64,000 nucleotides of DNA from Candidatus Latescibacterota bacterium (GCA_965203805.1 OZ241917.1:1056001-1120000); one strand, 5' to 3'. Shown: positions 31,719 through 43,913, counted from the stretch's first letter. Translations and numbers: made by a program. Notes: generated by a model not told the origin, from the letters alone.

Positions 31719-34091
31719 ATGACCCTGCCCCCCAAAACCCTCCAGACCCTCGAATTCGATAAAATCCTCGATTTAATCGCGAAACGCACCATTTCCGCTC
31801 TTGGGCAATCCGAAGTCGAAAGCCTGGCGCCGACAGACAGTCCCGAGTGCGTCGAAGCCCGGCTCCGTCCTGTTCTCGAAGCCATGTACCTGATCGGGTA
31901 CGACGATCCCGTACCAATCGGGCGTATGCCCGACATTCGCGCCGCGGCGAATAACGCCTCCGTACCGGGTACGACGCTCACCGTTACCGAACTGATCCAG
32001 ATCGATGAAATCGCCCGTGTGTCACGCCGCCTTCTCGGGTACTTTCTCAAGCGGCGCGCGAATTATCCGCGGCTCCACGCGCTCGCGTCCGGCTTGTCGC
32101 CCCACCCCGACCTGGAAGCCTGCATTCACCGTGCCATCGACCCCGCTACGGAAACCGTCAAGGATTCCGCAAGTACGGAATTGAGGCGGCTCCGGCGCAG
32201 CCTGGAGAGAACCCGGTCGGGCATCCGCAGTTCCGTTGAGGGCATCCTGAGCCGGCTCCCCGACGACGTCTTGCAGGAACGACTGATCACCATCCGGAAC
32301 GGCCGTTTCGTCATCCCGGTACGGGAAAATCAGAAACACCGGGTGGAAGGCCTCGTGCACGATCAGTCGGCCAGCGGCGCCACACTCTTCGTCGAACCCA
32401 TGGCCACCCTGGCGCTCAACAACCGGCTGCGGCAACTCGAACTGGCCGAACAACAGGAGGTGAAACGCGTCCTTCAGGAGCTTACCCGCGGCGTTGGCGA
32501 GGTCAGCGGGGACCTATTGGAAAATCTGCGTATTCTGGGAAAATTCGATGCCGTTTTCGCGAAGGCCGGCTTCTCACACGAACTGAAGTGCAGTGAGCCC
32601 GCATTCAACCGGGAAGGACGCCTCGAACTCCGCGAGGCACGGCATCCCGTACTGGTCGACCGCCTGCGCGATGAAAACCGGTCCGATTCCATCGTCCCGC
32701 TCGGCCTGCAAATGGACAATGACGGCATTCGCACCCTCGTGCTGACCGGGCCGAACGCAGGCGGCAAGACCGTGGCCCTGAAAACCGTCGGCCTGCTTGC
32801 TCTGATGGCACAGGCCGGCCTGCCCGTGCCGGCAGCTGAACATTCGCAGTTTCCTATCTTCAACGGCGTCTTTGCAGACATCGGCGATGCCCAGTCCATC
32901 GAGAACGACCTCAGCACGTTTTCGTCTCATGTGTCGAATCTGGTTGAGGTCACGAACCATGCCGAAGCCCGCTCCCTGGTCCTTCTCGACGAAGTCGGCG
33001 CCAGCACCGACCCCGACCAGGGCGCCGCCCTGGCGATGGCCCTCCTGAGTACGCTCACCGGGCGGGGCTGCCTTACGGTGGCCACGACCCATCACGGCGC
33101 CCTGAAAGCCTTTGCACACCGCACGGACGGGATGGCCAACGGTTCGATGGCGTTCGACGCGGCCACCCTGACCCCGACCTTCCAGCTTCGTCTCAATACG
33201 CCCGGAAGCAGTTACGCCTTTGAAATCGCCCGCCGGCTTCAGATGCCATCCGACATCGTCGACGAAGCCAGGCGCATCGCGGGAAGCGATATCGGCCGCC
33301 TTGAAGCCCTTATCGCGGATCTCGACGACACGTACCGGCATTACAACGACGAACTGGAACGAGCGCAATCCATCCGGAGTGAAATGGAACGCCTGAAAGC
33401 GGAATACGACAGCCGCCTCGAGGAGGTGGGTCGGCGTGAACGCGCGCTCAAACGCGGCGCGGAGGAGGAAGCCAGCCGGATTCTGGACGGCGCCAACGCC
33501 CTGATCGAACGCACGGTTTCCGAACTCAGGCGGCGCAACGCGGACAGGGACTCGATCAAAGAGGCCCGGGCGGAAGTGGCGCGGGCCAGACGCGACCTGA
33601 CCGATTCGGTCGACGCGCCGGCATCGCCTCTGCCGGCGCTCGAACCCGGAAGCCGGGTGCGGGTGCGCAGTCTCGGAAAAGAGGGGACCGTGGCGGCCGG
33701 GCGGAACGAGGGATCGCGGGTATCGGTCGAAGTGGGCAACGTGCGTCTGCAGGTGCAGCGGGCGGACCTGGAACCCGTGGAAACCGCCGGGGAGCCGCCC
33801 TCCGTGGCGGCCCGCTACGGACTCGCCGCGCCCGATAGCGTTGCCGCCGAAGTGGACCTGAGAGGCATGACCGTGGAAGAAGCCGTGGAAGCCGTCGACA
33901 AGTACGTCGACGAACTCTACCTAGCCGGGATGGAACACGCAGCGGTGATTCACGGAAAGGGCACCGGCGCCCTGCGCAGGGCGATCGGCATCCACCTCCG
34001 GAGCCACGAATTCGTCAAGTCACAGCGCCTCGGACGGCACAACGAGGGCGGCGCCGGCGTCACGGTCATTACGCTCGACCTGGATTCCTGA
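31719..34091 (+). CDS. mutS2: Endonuclease MutS2
   Basis: LEFDKI, HDQSASGATLFVEP, TGPNAGGKT, LSTFSSH, C-terminal Smr domain (DLRG...IHGKGTG.LR). Confidence 0.96.
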   Translation: MTLPPKTLQTLEFDKILDLIAKRTISALGQSEVESLAPTDSPECVEARLRPVLEAMYLIGYDDPVPIGRMPDIRAAANNASVPGTTLTVTELIQIDEIARVSRRLLGYFLKRRANYPRLHALASGLSPHPDLEACIHRAIDPATETVKDSASTELRRLRRSLERTRSGIRSSVEGILSRLPDDVLQERLITIRNGRFVIPVRENQKHRVEGLVHDQSASGATLFVEPMATLALNNRLRQLELAEQQEVKRVLQELTRGVGEVSGDLLENLRILGKFDAVFAKAGFSHELKCSEPAFNREGRLELREARHPVLVDRLRDENRSDSIVPLGLQMDNDGIRTLVLTGPNAGGKTVALKTVGLLALMAQAGLPVPAAEHSQFPIFNGVFADIGDAQSIENDLSTFSSHVSNLVEVTNHAEARSLVLLDEVGASTDPDQGAALAMALLSTLTGRGCLTVATTHHGALKAFAHRTDGMANGSMAFDAATLTPTFQLRLNTPGSSYAFEIARRLQMPSDIVDEARRIAGSDIGRLEALIADLDDTYRHYNDELERAQSIRSEMERLKAEYDSRLEEVGRRERALKRGAEEEASRILDGANALIERTVSELRRRNADRDSIKEARAEVARARRDLTDSVDAPASPLPALEPGSRVRVRSLGKEGTVAAGRNEGSRVSVEVGNVRLQVQRADLEPVETAGEPPSVAARYGLAAPDSVAAEVDLRGMTVEEAVEAVDKYVDELYLAGMEHAAVIHGKGTGALRRAIGIHLRSHEFVKSQRLGRHNEGGAGVTVITLDLDS

Positions 34092-34228
34092 GCGCGAACA
34101 CGGATATCATACGCTGGTACGCAGCAACCGCGCCCGAGCCGTTTGACACCTCACCCGGATTCGTCTATATTAAAACCGGTCACGATACAAGCACCGCCTT
34201 TCATCCTCCTTTCGCCTGAATCCGTCCC

Positions 34229-36169
<1,941 letters not shown>

Positions 36170-36283
36170 ACGCCGTTCGCGCCCGATTTGACGATCCACG
36201 TTTCCTTCAGCCACCGTTCGCCCATCAACCATCGCGTTGCGTCTCAGACATCCCCTTATTTCAAGCCGATCGGGAAACCGGCG

Positions 36284-38092
36284 ATGGCCCGAATCCCTGA
36301 AGATACCGTCGAACAGATCCGCGACTCGGTGGATATCGTCGACGTCATTTCCGAATTTGTCGCGCTCAACAGGCGCGGCAAGAGCTATCTGGGCCTGTGC
36401 CCGTTTCACGACGATCGGACGCCGTCCCTGAATGTCTCACAGGAGAAGCAGATCTACAAGTGTTTCTCCTGCGGCGCGGGCGGAAACGCGTTCAGGTTCC
36501 TGATGGACCTCGAACGCATCAGTTTCGTGGAATCCGTGCGCAAGCTCGCGGACCAGGTCGGCATCGTACTTCCGGAATTCGAGTCCCGGAGTCCGGCGGA
36601 AAAGGACCACAACGACGAGCTCTACCGGACGGTCGAGTTCGCGAAGAAATACTTCCGCCATATGCTGATGCGCCATGCGTCCGGCGAAGGCGCGCGGGAT
36701 TACCTCGTCGGCCGGGGCGTTTCCGAATCCATGATGGACGACTTCGCGCTTGGCTATGCCACGACAGCCTGGGACGGTCTGCTCAGCGTGGCCGGCAGAC
36801 GTGGATTCAGCGCGCAGATGCTCGAACGGGCCGGCCTGGTTGTGCCCCGCGAAAACGGCGGCTACTACGACCGTTTCCGTGACCGGGTCATCTTTCCCAT
36901 CGAGTCGCACACGGGCCGGACCGTGGCTTTCGGCGCCCGCGCCCTCGATCCGGAACAACAGCCCAAATACCTGAACTCTCCCGAGACCGCCGTCTACAAC
37001 AAGAGCGCCACGCTCTACGGCCTCTGGAAAAACCGCGAGCCCATCCGTTCAACCCGGTCGGCGGTGATCGTCGAAGGGTATATGGACCTCGTTGCCCTGG
37101 CGCAGTTCGATTTCCACAACGCCGTCGCCTCTTCCGGGACCGCGCTTACCCCGGAACATGCCCGTATGCTCAAACGGTACGCCGACGTGGCCGTGCTTGT
37201 TTTCGACGGCGATGCGGCGGGTACCGCCGCCACCGTGCGCGGCATCGGCGCGATGATGGCGTCCGAACTGGATATCCGTGTGGTCACGCTGGACGGCGGC
37301 CACGATCCGGACAGCCTTATCCGGCAGCGGGGCTCGGACGGCTTTCGCGAGCTGATCGAAAACGCCGCACCGGTCATGGAATTCCTATTCGATTGGGTAC
37401 GGTCGCACGAAGATCTGTCCACGTCGGACGGCAAGACCCGGGCCGTCAAGACCATCTCGGAAATCGTCTCGCACGCGAAAGACAGCGCTCGCAGGCGTTT
37501 TCTTACGCAGGAAACCGCGCAGAAGCTGGGCATTGACGAGACCATCGTGATCGACGCGGTGCAGCGGGCCGCGCGATACCGGCGGAGCGGGCGGTCGAAT
37601 ACCGGCGCGGAGTCAGGCGCGGCGTCGTTCGAGCCGGGCCCGCGCATGGAACGCGAACTGATCACGATGATGATGGCGGACGACAACACGGCCGATACCG
37701 TGTTGAAGCAGGTTGACGCCGGTCACTTTACCAACAGTGTATACCGGCGAATCTCGGGCATGATCGCCGTGGCCCGCAGGGAGGGCCGGACCTCGTCGGC
37801 CGCATCACTGCTGAATCGTTGCGAGGACGCCGGTCTGGCCAGTGCCGTATCCGCGCTGTCCATGGAGACCGGCATCCTCAATCCCGAGGCAAAGTTACCG
37901 CTGCAGGACTATCTCACCAGAATGCAGCTCAAGGCGCTGGACGCCCGCATCGACGCCCTGGAGGCGAAACTTCGCACGGACGGCGGAGGAACCGACCCGA
38001 TGGCGCTGATGACGGAACACAAAGACCTGACCCGAAAACGCAGAGCACTGTTCGCCAGCCGGCACGGCCCGCCTGAAACGGCGACGCCATGA
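36284..38092 (+). CDS. dnaG: DNA primase
   Basis: CPFH...CFSC zinc finger, DRFR.R.IFPI, KYLNSPET, VEGYMD, FDGD.AG, DPD. Confidence 0.96.
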   Translation: MARIPEDTVEQIRDSVDIVDVISEFVALNRRGKSYLGLCPFHDDRTPSLNVSQEKQIYKCFSCGAGGNAFRFLMDLERISFVESVRKLADQVGIVLPEFESRSPAEKDHNDELYRTVEFAKKYFRHMLMRHASGEGARDYLVGRGVSESMMDDFALGYATTAWDGLLSVAGRRGFSAQMLERAGLVVPRENGGYYDRFRDRVIFPIESHTGRTVAFGARALDPEQQPKYLNSPETAVYNKSATLYGLWKNREPIRSTRSAVIVEGYMDLVALAQFDFHNAVASSGTALTPEHARMLKRYADVAVLVFDGDAAGTAATVRGIGAMMASELDIRVVTLDGGHDPDSLIRQRGSDGFRELIENAAPVMEFLFDWVRSHEDLSTSDGKTRAVKTISEIVSHAKDSARRRFLTQETAQKLGIDETIVIDAVQRAARYRRSGRSNTGAESGAASFEPGPRMERELITMMMADDNTADTVLKQVDAGHFTNSVYRRISGMIAVARREGRTSSAASLLNRCEDAGLASAVSALSMETGILNPEAKLPLQDYLTRMQLKALDARIDALEAKLRTDGGGTDPMALMTEHKDLTRKRRALFASRHGPPETATP

Positions 38093-38141
38093 CCACAAAA
38101 AGCTTGTCCTTCCCGCCATAACGAGTAAATTTAACCATCGC

Positions 38142-38218
38142 GGGCCCTTAGCTCAGCTGGTTAGAGCGGCGGACTCATAATCCGTTGGTCGCAGGTTCGA
38201 GTCCTGCAGGGCCCACCA
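38142..38218 (+). tRNA. tRNA with CAT anticodon, most likely tRNA-Ile2 (lysidine type)
   Basis: Cloverleaf: GGGCCCT/AGGGCCC acceptor stem, GCGGA-CTCATAA-TCCGT anticodon arm, GGTTCGAGTCC T-arm, encoded CCA; resembles ileX-type tRNAs more than tRNA-Met. Confidence 0.93.
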
Positions 38219-38224
38219 GAATAC

Positions 38225-38264
38225 AAAAGAAGGAGCCGGAGATTCCTCCGGCTCCTTCTTTTTT
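38225..38264. terminator. Bidirectional intrinsic terminator
   Basis: aaaagaaggagccggag / ctccggctccttctttt inverted repeat with A- and T-tails, between the tRNA and the convergent island genes. Confidence 0.85.
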
Positions 38265-38310
38265 GTGTCGTTGGGGTGACGAATTATATCAGTCGGAAGG
38301 CTCCCTCAGA

Positions 38311-38967
38311 TCAAAAGTCATCGACCGACGCAGTAGACGTGTCCTCCTCCACACGATCCGGGCATTCGGTTGCGGGTATCTTGCAGAACCGACATTCCCC
38401 AAAGCTCGGAACCAACCTGGCCGGATTTTCCGATGCCAACCTGCGTATCAAGTCCACAAACCGCTCGACGAATTTGTCATCAATGGCCGATGAGGGAACC
38501 GGGACCTCCCGCTCTCCGTATACAACCCGACCTTCGAAACCAACATCCCTGTATTTCTCGGGAAAGGCTCTGGGAACGGCATACATGTAAAGCATGACCT
38601 GAACGTGATCCGATGACCTTGGTTGACCCGTCTTGATATCTGCGATGATGCCGCGATTTTGCTTCCTCGCAATTAAATCGGGCTTTCCCCCAACCGTCGC
38701 CGTCCTTCCCTTGAGGTGGAAGTAATTTTGCGTCTCGGTCGACACATCAAAGCCTCTATCTTCCAGGTTTTCCTGATATTTATTTCTCGCTGCCGTGTGT
38801 TCGATCTGCCACGTGGTCGAATCGAAATCACTTGGCAAAGCCGTCCAGCTCTTCCCGTCGTGCTGGGCTTGAAACCAGCCGGCCCACTCACATGACGCTT
38901 CTCCGGTCAACAATTTCGTCAACCACGTCACCCAGATATACGGTAGACCAGGTCTTTTCTCTGCCAT
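38311..38967 (-). CDS. PD-(D/E)XK nuclease, Cas4/AddB-like with probable Fe-S cysteines
   Basis: GKPDL...ADIKTG...QVMLY; N-terminal Cys (ASCEW) plus CRFC......C. Confidence 0.8.
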   Translation of the reverse strand: MAEKRPGLPYIWVTWLTKLLTGEASCEWAGWFQAQHDGKSWTALPSDFDSTTWQIEHTAARNKYQENLEDRGFDVSTETQNYFHLKGRTATVGGKPDLIARKQNRGIIADIKTGQPRSSDHVQVMLYMYAVPRAFPEKYRDVGFEGRVVYGEREVPVPSSAIDDKFVERFVDLIRRLASENPARLVPSFGECRFCKIPATECPDRVEEDTSTASVDDF

Positions 38968-39046
38968 CTTTCTCTCACTTTCGATGCCGGCCCTCGAACT
39001 GCCCATTGTATCCAGACAATTGAGACGATTTCCTCTTCCGCCACGC

Positions 39047-41116
39047 CTACACACCGAGGTCATCCAGAAATTCGGAACCCGGCCGGACCCCGCTGACCGT
39101 CAGAAAGTCTCTGGCCCGGGTACAGGCGACATACAGCAGGTGTCTCTCCGTGTCATATACCTCTTCAAGGTCCGATTCATCAGCGGCGGTCTCAATGCGT
39201 TCCTGCTGCGGGATGACTTCGTCGTCGCACGCCATCACGGCAACGGCTCGAAACTCCAATCCTTTCGCGAGATGCATCGTGGCAATCGACAATCGACCCG
39301 CACCCGGCGCTCCTCCTTCATCCAGAACCGCGAACGGAAACCCTGATCCTTGTGCAGCTTCACGCGCTCTATCCAGTTGCAATTCTGAACGCGCGAATAT
39401 CGCCATTTCGCCGGGGTCGACGCCCTTGTCACTACACCGCTTAAGCCATGCTCCGACGGCCTCGGCCTCCTGCTGTGCGGTATCGTACCGTTGGATTTCA
39501 GGCACTTCCCCGTTGAACGCCGATACCGTTCCTCGTCGATCCTCCGTGTAACCATCCACGTCCGCGACTTCAGAGCCAAGCAGCCGGTCTACATGCCTCC
39601 TGATCTGGTAGGACGTCCGATAGTTGAGGGTGAGTGTCTCGGATCGGCCCGATATATCGACGCCCACCGCCTTCCAGGAAAACGGCGCCTGAAAAATCCG
39701 TTGCCCGAGATCGCCGGCGAAAAACAGTGCGTTTGCCCTCTGCCCGCCCATTGCCGCAAAAAAACGCAGTTGTGGGACGCTGATTTCCTGCGCTTCATCC
39801 ACAACAGTAAAGTCATAAGGCGGATGCCGACGATTTTTGAGGCCATGAGCCAACCGACCAAACATCTCTGCACGCGTGACCAGGCCACGTTCTCCCATCT
39901 GGTCCCTGACCCTGTCGAATATCGACCACAGCCTTGAACGCTGCTCGAGGGGAAGCCGCGGCTTACGGCCGAGTCGTCTGACGTCACGATAGGCCTCCCA
40001 TGTGTCCAACTGACATGCGTCGACGACGTTTTCCCACTCGTCCATCAGAAACGGGACGGAAAAGCGATGTGGTCCATCCTCTTTGGCGTATTCGGCAAGT
40101 AGCCCCCGGACCGTCTCCTTTGGCGCAATTTTCGGTACACCGAATTGCGCCTGATAAAGGCGCTCGCAGACCTGATGAATCGCGGTGACTTCCAGGCGTT
40201 CCATTAGCCGGGGTTCACTCCGAATCAGCCGCCTGACCTTCGTGCGGAGAAAATCAGCCAGGGTGTCTGAAAACGTCGTAAGGAGGACCCGAGCCTCCGG
40301 ATTGGCGCGTGCGAGAAACACAGCCCTGTGAATGGCCACGACGGTCTTGCCCGTACCGGCCGTCCCGGATACACGAAACGGTCCGTTATAGTCCCCCTCC
40401 ACGATTTTCCGCTGCGACGGATGCAGAAAAATCGACCATTTATCCCAGGGAAAGTCAAGCGCAAGCTCGAGTTCCTCCTCGTTCGAAATCGCCTGGAAAC
40501 GACGCTTCGCATCGGGGTGTTCGAACGGGTCTTCGACGACAACAGGCGCTACCGGTTTCGGTGTCTCACCGACGGCTATCTGCAGCAACGCTTCCGCTGC
40601 TTCATCGGGCAGATGCTCCGACAGGTCCAACAAACTGTCTTCATTGGCGTTCCGTACGTCGTGCAGCCACTCCGCCGGGACCCCATAGCTCAGGAGATCC
40701 TCTTCTGAGGTCTCGGCAAACAGGAGCGGCTTGACAGGTGCTTTCTGTTCCGCTTCCACATAAACCGGTACGACGACTTCCTTAACCATCTCCTTTACTT
40801 CGACCAATTGAGCCGCTCCGGTCGTCGGATGGACTTCCATTTTGCGCTTTTCCGCCCATTTGTAGGCGTCGTCGTGGTGATCCACGTAGCACATCATCAG
40901 ACTCTTGGGTGTCCGATGAACAATGACACGAATATCCCGATTGGCGCGAACCGACCAGAAATTCGGATCCCTCGCTTTATCGACCCGGTGGAATTTCAAT
41001 CCGGGCTGAGCCGGGTTCACCTGCAAATCAAAGGCCGTGGTTTTCACGGCCTTTTGTTCGTTTCCCGTCAGCCTCGCGAGGCTGTCTGTGAAGGTGTCTG
41101 CTATTCGGAAGTTCAT
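39047..41116 (-). CDS. UvrD-like SF1 helicase with N-terminal RelE/ParE-like domain
   Basis: GTAGTGKT, VVDEAQE, GDLGQRIF, NYRT, TMHLAKGLEF, LYVACTRAR; N-terminal WSVR...DIR.IV...YVDHHDDAY. Confidence 0.88.
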   Translation of the reverse strand: MNFRIADTFTDSLARLTGNEQKAVKTTAFDLQVNPAQPGLKFHRVDKARDPNFWSVRANRDIRVIVHRTPKSLMMCYVDHHDDAYKWAEKRKMEVHPTTGAAQLVEVKEMVKEVVVPVYVEAEQKAPVKPLLFAETSEEDLLSYGVPAEWLHDVRNANEDSLLDLSEHLPDEAAEALLQIAVGETPKPVAPVVVEDPFEHPDAKRRFQAISNEEELELALDFPWDKWSIFLHPSQRKIVEGDYNGPFRVSGTAGTGKTVVAIHRAVFLARANPEARVLLTTFSDTLADFLRTKVRRLIRSEPRLMERLEVTAIHQVCERLYQAQFGVPKIAPKETVRGLLAEYAKEDGPHRFSVPFLMDEWENVVDACQLDTWEAYRDVRRLGRKPRLPLEQRSRLWSIFDRVRDQMGERGLVTRAEMFGRLAHGLKNRRHPPYDFTVVDEAQEISVPQLRFFAAMGGQRANALFFAGDLGQRIFQAPFSWKAVGVDISGRSETLTLNYRTSYQIRRHVDRLLGSEVADVDGYTEDRRGTVSAFNGEVPEIQRYDTAQQEAEAVGAWLKRCSDKGVDPGEMAIFARSELQLDRAREAAQGSGFPFAVLDEGGAPGAGRLSIATMHLAKGLEFRAVAVMACDDEVIPQQERIETAADESDLEEVYDTERHLLYVACTRARDFLTVSGVRPGSEFLDDLGV

Positions 41117-41382
41117 TTCAGATTGCGTTGGATTCGATCCTTTGCGTGTGTGTGATTGCCGTGAATACATCAGCAAAAACACAAGGCTCCTGGCGTTATG
41201 AAACCAGGCAAGGTAAGTGGTAGCTTGGCAACCAGCGACGACGATCTGCAAGAAGCGATCGGCATGCAAATATTCCCTTGCTGACGGTCGCCAAAAATTG
41301 CACACGTCTTACCTTGCCACACAGAATCCACACTTGCAAGAATCCTATCGATCCTCTCGGCGCCTAACGGCCATCTACGCTA

Positions 41383-41832
41383 TCAGACTACTGCTGGATG
41401 CGTGTGAACAATGCAAGCCGCTATCATGTCACCAATGAGAGCGGCCTGATCGGAATCGCCCGGCGGAAGCCCTACAATTTCACTGTGAGACGGATCGGCA
41501 TCGTATTCCCCTTCGGCATCCAAGGGCTTATTGACGAAGCGAAGGCTTCCGAGTTCACTCGAGATGTACTGTTTTGTTGCGCCGACATTCAATTCTGCAA
41601 GGCGACCACGTTTCTTCATATCCAACCGAGAGAGTCGCCTTACCTCTGCAAGTTGGCCGTCCTTAGTGCAATCGCGAATACACTCAAGCCAGTTAACGGA
41701 CACGCCGGTATCATCGGGCCGATGTGGGCGCAGCCGGAATTCAGATCCATCCACCTTTCCGTCCTCGCGTATGCTTGTAGGCTTAGCATATCGGACCACG
41801 TGATGCCCATCCGGCAGATTGTCGTCAGTCAT
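41383..41832 (-). CDS. Hypothetical protein, possible ADP-ribosyltransferase/RES-like toxin fold
   Basis: VVRY...FRLR...GVSVNW...DPSHSEI pattern; ATGA overlap with the upstream gene. Confidence 0.5.
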   Translation of the reverse strand: MTDDNLPDGHHVVRYAKPTSIREDGKVDGSEFRLRPHRPDDTGVSVNWLECIRDCTKDGQLAEVRRLSRLDMKKRGRLAELNVGATKQYISSELGSLRFVNKPLDAEGEYDADPSHSEIVGLPPGDSDQAALIGDMIAACIVHTHPAVV

Positions 41833-42605
41833 ATTTTCAGGAGTACCTCAAGGTCGAAGTTCCGTACCTGTTGCTTCACACCTTCGAGTGTATCGCGTCC
41901 TGCCACACGCGATACATGTCCGCTTCCCTGACGTCGGCGAAATATGACATACTGCACCATGTGGTCGCCAAGGAACTGAAAGCCCAAATGGCTGCCATCT
42001 CCTCCATCCCAGACAGCGCGTACATTCCCGTTGTCAACGAGCACCAAATCCGCCTTAGCGGCAAAAGGCGTCGATTCGACGAACGACCAGAAATCCTGCA
42101 GTGACTCCTTGTTCACAGTGATACCGTCGAGTTCGCCATCTCTGCGCAGTATTTCAATTCGTTTTCCATAGGCAAAGAAGACTTCCCAACTGATCCCACG
42201 TCTGTCTGCGTTTGCGGGATCACGCATGCTGAGCAGGTCGATCCAACCTGCCCGGTAATGAGATTCCGTAAGTGTAGTTGATGGCTCGTTGGCTATATAT
42301 CTACGAATGTTGGATGCGACAGAATCGATGACTGCTGCGCTCGTAGACGGACGAGACTCGCCTGCCAACAACGTTTGATATACGCCAAATCGGTTCACGG
42401 GAGAATGACCTTGCGATATTTCTCTTTCCAATCGATTCAAATTGGGGTACTGCGAATGGCCATGAGGGTGGTGCCAAGAGAAATGTACGCGTGGTTGATT
42501 TGTCTCACTTACCAACTCCGGGTCGAACGCATTTGCATTAATCCTCGGGTCCGACTGCGGCCAGTCTGATGCGAATACAACAGAAGACGAAGACAAGTTC
42601 GTCAT
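41829..42605 (-). CDS. Hypothetical protein (low-complexity N-terminus, compact C-terminal domain)
   Basis: ATG after AGGAGG; ATGA overlaps at both ends. Confidence 0.65.
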   Translation of the reverse strand: MTNLSSSSVVFASDWPQSDPRINANAFDPELVSETNQPRVHFSWHHPHGHSQYPNLNRLEREISQGHSPVNRFGVYQTLLAGESRPSTSAAVIDSVASNIRRYIANEPSTTLTESHYRAGWIDLLSMRDPANADRRGISWEVFFAYGKRIEILRRDGELDGITVNKESLQDFWSFVESTPFAAKADLVLVDNGNVRAVWDGGDGSHLGFQFLGDHMVQYVIFRRRQGSGHVSRVAGRDTLEGVKQQVRNFDLEVLLKI

Positions 42606-43393
42606 ACAACGTCCTCCTTGAGATGCCAGAGTCGATCTTGAATTTCCTGGCTGGTCATTCCCACAAAACAACTGATGACGGCATCATGGGCACGCTCGAA
42701 CCATTCATCCGTTCCCGGTTTTGCCAACTGCCCCACTCGGCCGACGGCCTTGATTTCAAAAATAAGCACCGGCACATTCTCCTGCGCCTCCCTGACCCCA
42801 CTGCGGATGTTGACGTTAACTTGCAGATCGGCCGCAATTATGTACGCGAAATTGCAATTGAAATCTGGAGAACCCAAGGAGCTTACGCCGGAATCCACAA
42901 TCGAGAACGATGGAATAACTTTGTTCGTTTCTTGTGGCCCCGCCCAGAACTCACAATGTTCCAGGACATTGATGTAATTCAACTCACAGAGTTCAATAGA
43001 GGGTTCGGCAATCTTAATTTCCGTTCTGACAAATTCGCTGAATAGGCTATAGATTCGATCAAATGTCGGCTTGATATTCCCGTGAAAGCGTGGGTATTCA
43101 CGGTCTCTACGGCGCCAATTAAACATAAAGGCACTTTTCTGGATTTGAATAAGGTTGATTTCATCATCTGCAATGAACCAATATCTGGGCATTGGAAACG
43201 GCTCTTTTTCGCTTAGCTCCGGTGCGATTCCCACTGGTGGTTGTTGGCGTACTTCAGGAAACTCGTCCTTAATACGTTCCCAGAACCGGCCGATGTGCTC
43301 GCTGCGCATTTCGGACAATTGTGGGTTGAAGTATGTGGATATCACAACTTCATTTATTGGCGGATTCCCGAAAGATATGTCTCGTGGTTTCAT
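42602..43393 (-). CDS. TIGR04255-like protein
   Basis: F.NPPINEVV...F N-terminus, RYWF, IQ......NWR....YP.F, L.YIN, WFE.AH; RBS AAGGAG. Confidence 0.75.
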   Translation of the reverse strand: MKPRDISFGNPPINEVVISTYFNPQLSEMRSEHIGRFWERIKDEFPEVRQQPPVGIAPELSEKEPFPMPRYWFIADDEINLIQIQKSAFMFNWRRRDREYPRFHGNIKPTFDRIYSLFSEFVRTEIKIAEPSIELCELNYINVLEHCEFWAGPQETNKVIPSFSIVDSGVSSLGSPDFNCNFAYIIAADLQVNVNIRSGVREAQENVPVLIFEIKAVGRVGQLAKPGTDEWFERAHDAVISCFVGMTSQEIQDRLWHLKEDVV

Positions 43394-43625
43394 GAAAGTC
43401 TATTACTCCTTAAGTACTCAAATATGTGCAAAGGGCGATGGCTTGAATAGACCAACCCGACAAGCCCGTGAAGGACATTGACTTCCGGATGATCGATGAC
43501 GGGTCTATAGTTGAAATGCGATACACGCGCACTATAGGACTCGAAGTACTGCCACATCCTACGTCAATTTACACGGCTAAGGAAGTAGTTGCTTCATTCT
43601 ATATTGGCACACGTGGGATTACACA

Positions 43626-43831
43626 TCACACCCGAAACACCTTCATCACCTTGTCGCCAAGGTGATTGATTACTTTCACCGCGATTTGGCCTGATTTCGG
43701 CTTCGCAAAAGGCCTTGAGGTGTCGCTGTGGAGGGTTTCCGGGCTTCCTGATTAACCTCAGCCTTTAGGGTGGTTTTGAGCGATTTATAGGGGTCGTTTG
43801 CGCCGAGGAAATAGGCTTGGCTAGTGAAGAG
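43626..43831 (-). pseudogene. Frameshifted relic of the 3' end of a type III mod gene
   Basis: Encodes QAYFLGANDPYKSLKTTLKAEVNQEA/ETLHSDTSRPFAKPKSGQIAVKVINHLGDKVMKVFRV*, nearly identical in protein to the mod C-terminus at 45418-45620; 1-nt deletion. Confidence 0.9.
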
Positions 43832-43913
43832 GCAACGCTCGTTTGTGGCCGTTTCGACAACATAACGGCGGGTGAGGCAATGTTGGGTGGCTGTTGATAC
43901 CACTGATCTATTC

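Noticed and set aside
38311-38967. Cas4-like gene as evidence of a CRISPR-Cas locus
   Set aside because: No repeat-spacer array or other cas genes in the window
41117-41382. 63-aa upstream extension of the helicase ORF
   Set aside because: No recognisable similarity; the helicase family N-terminus begins at MNFRIADTF (41116)
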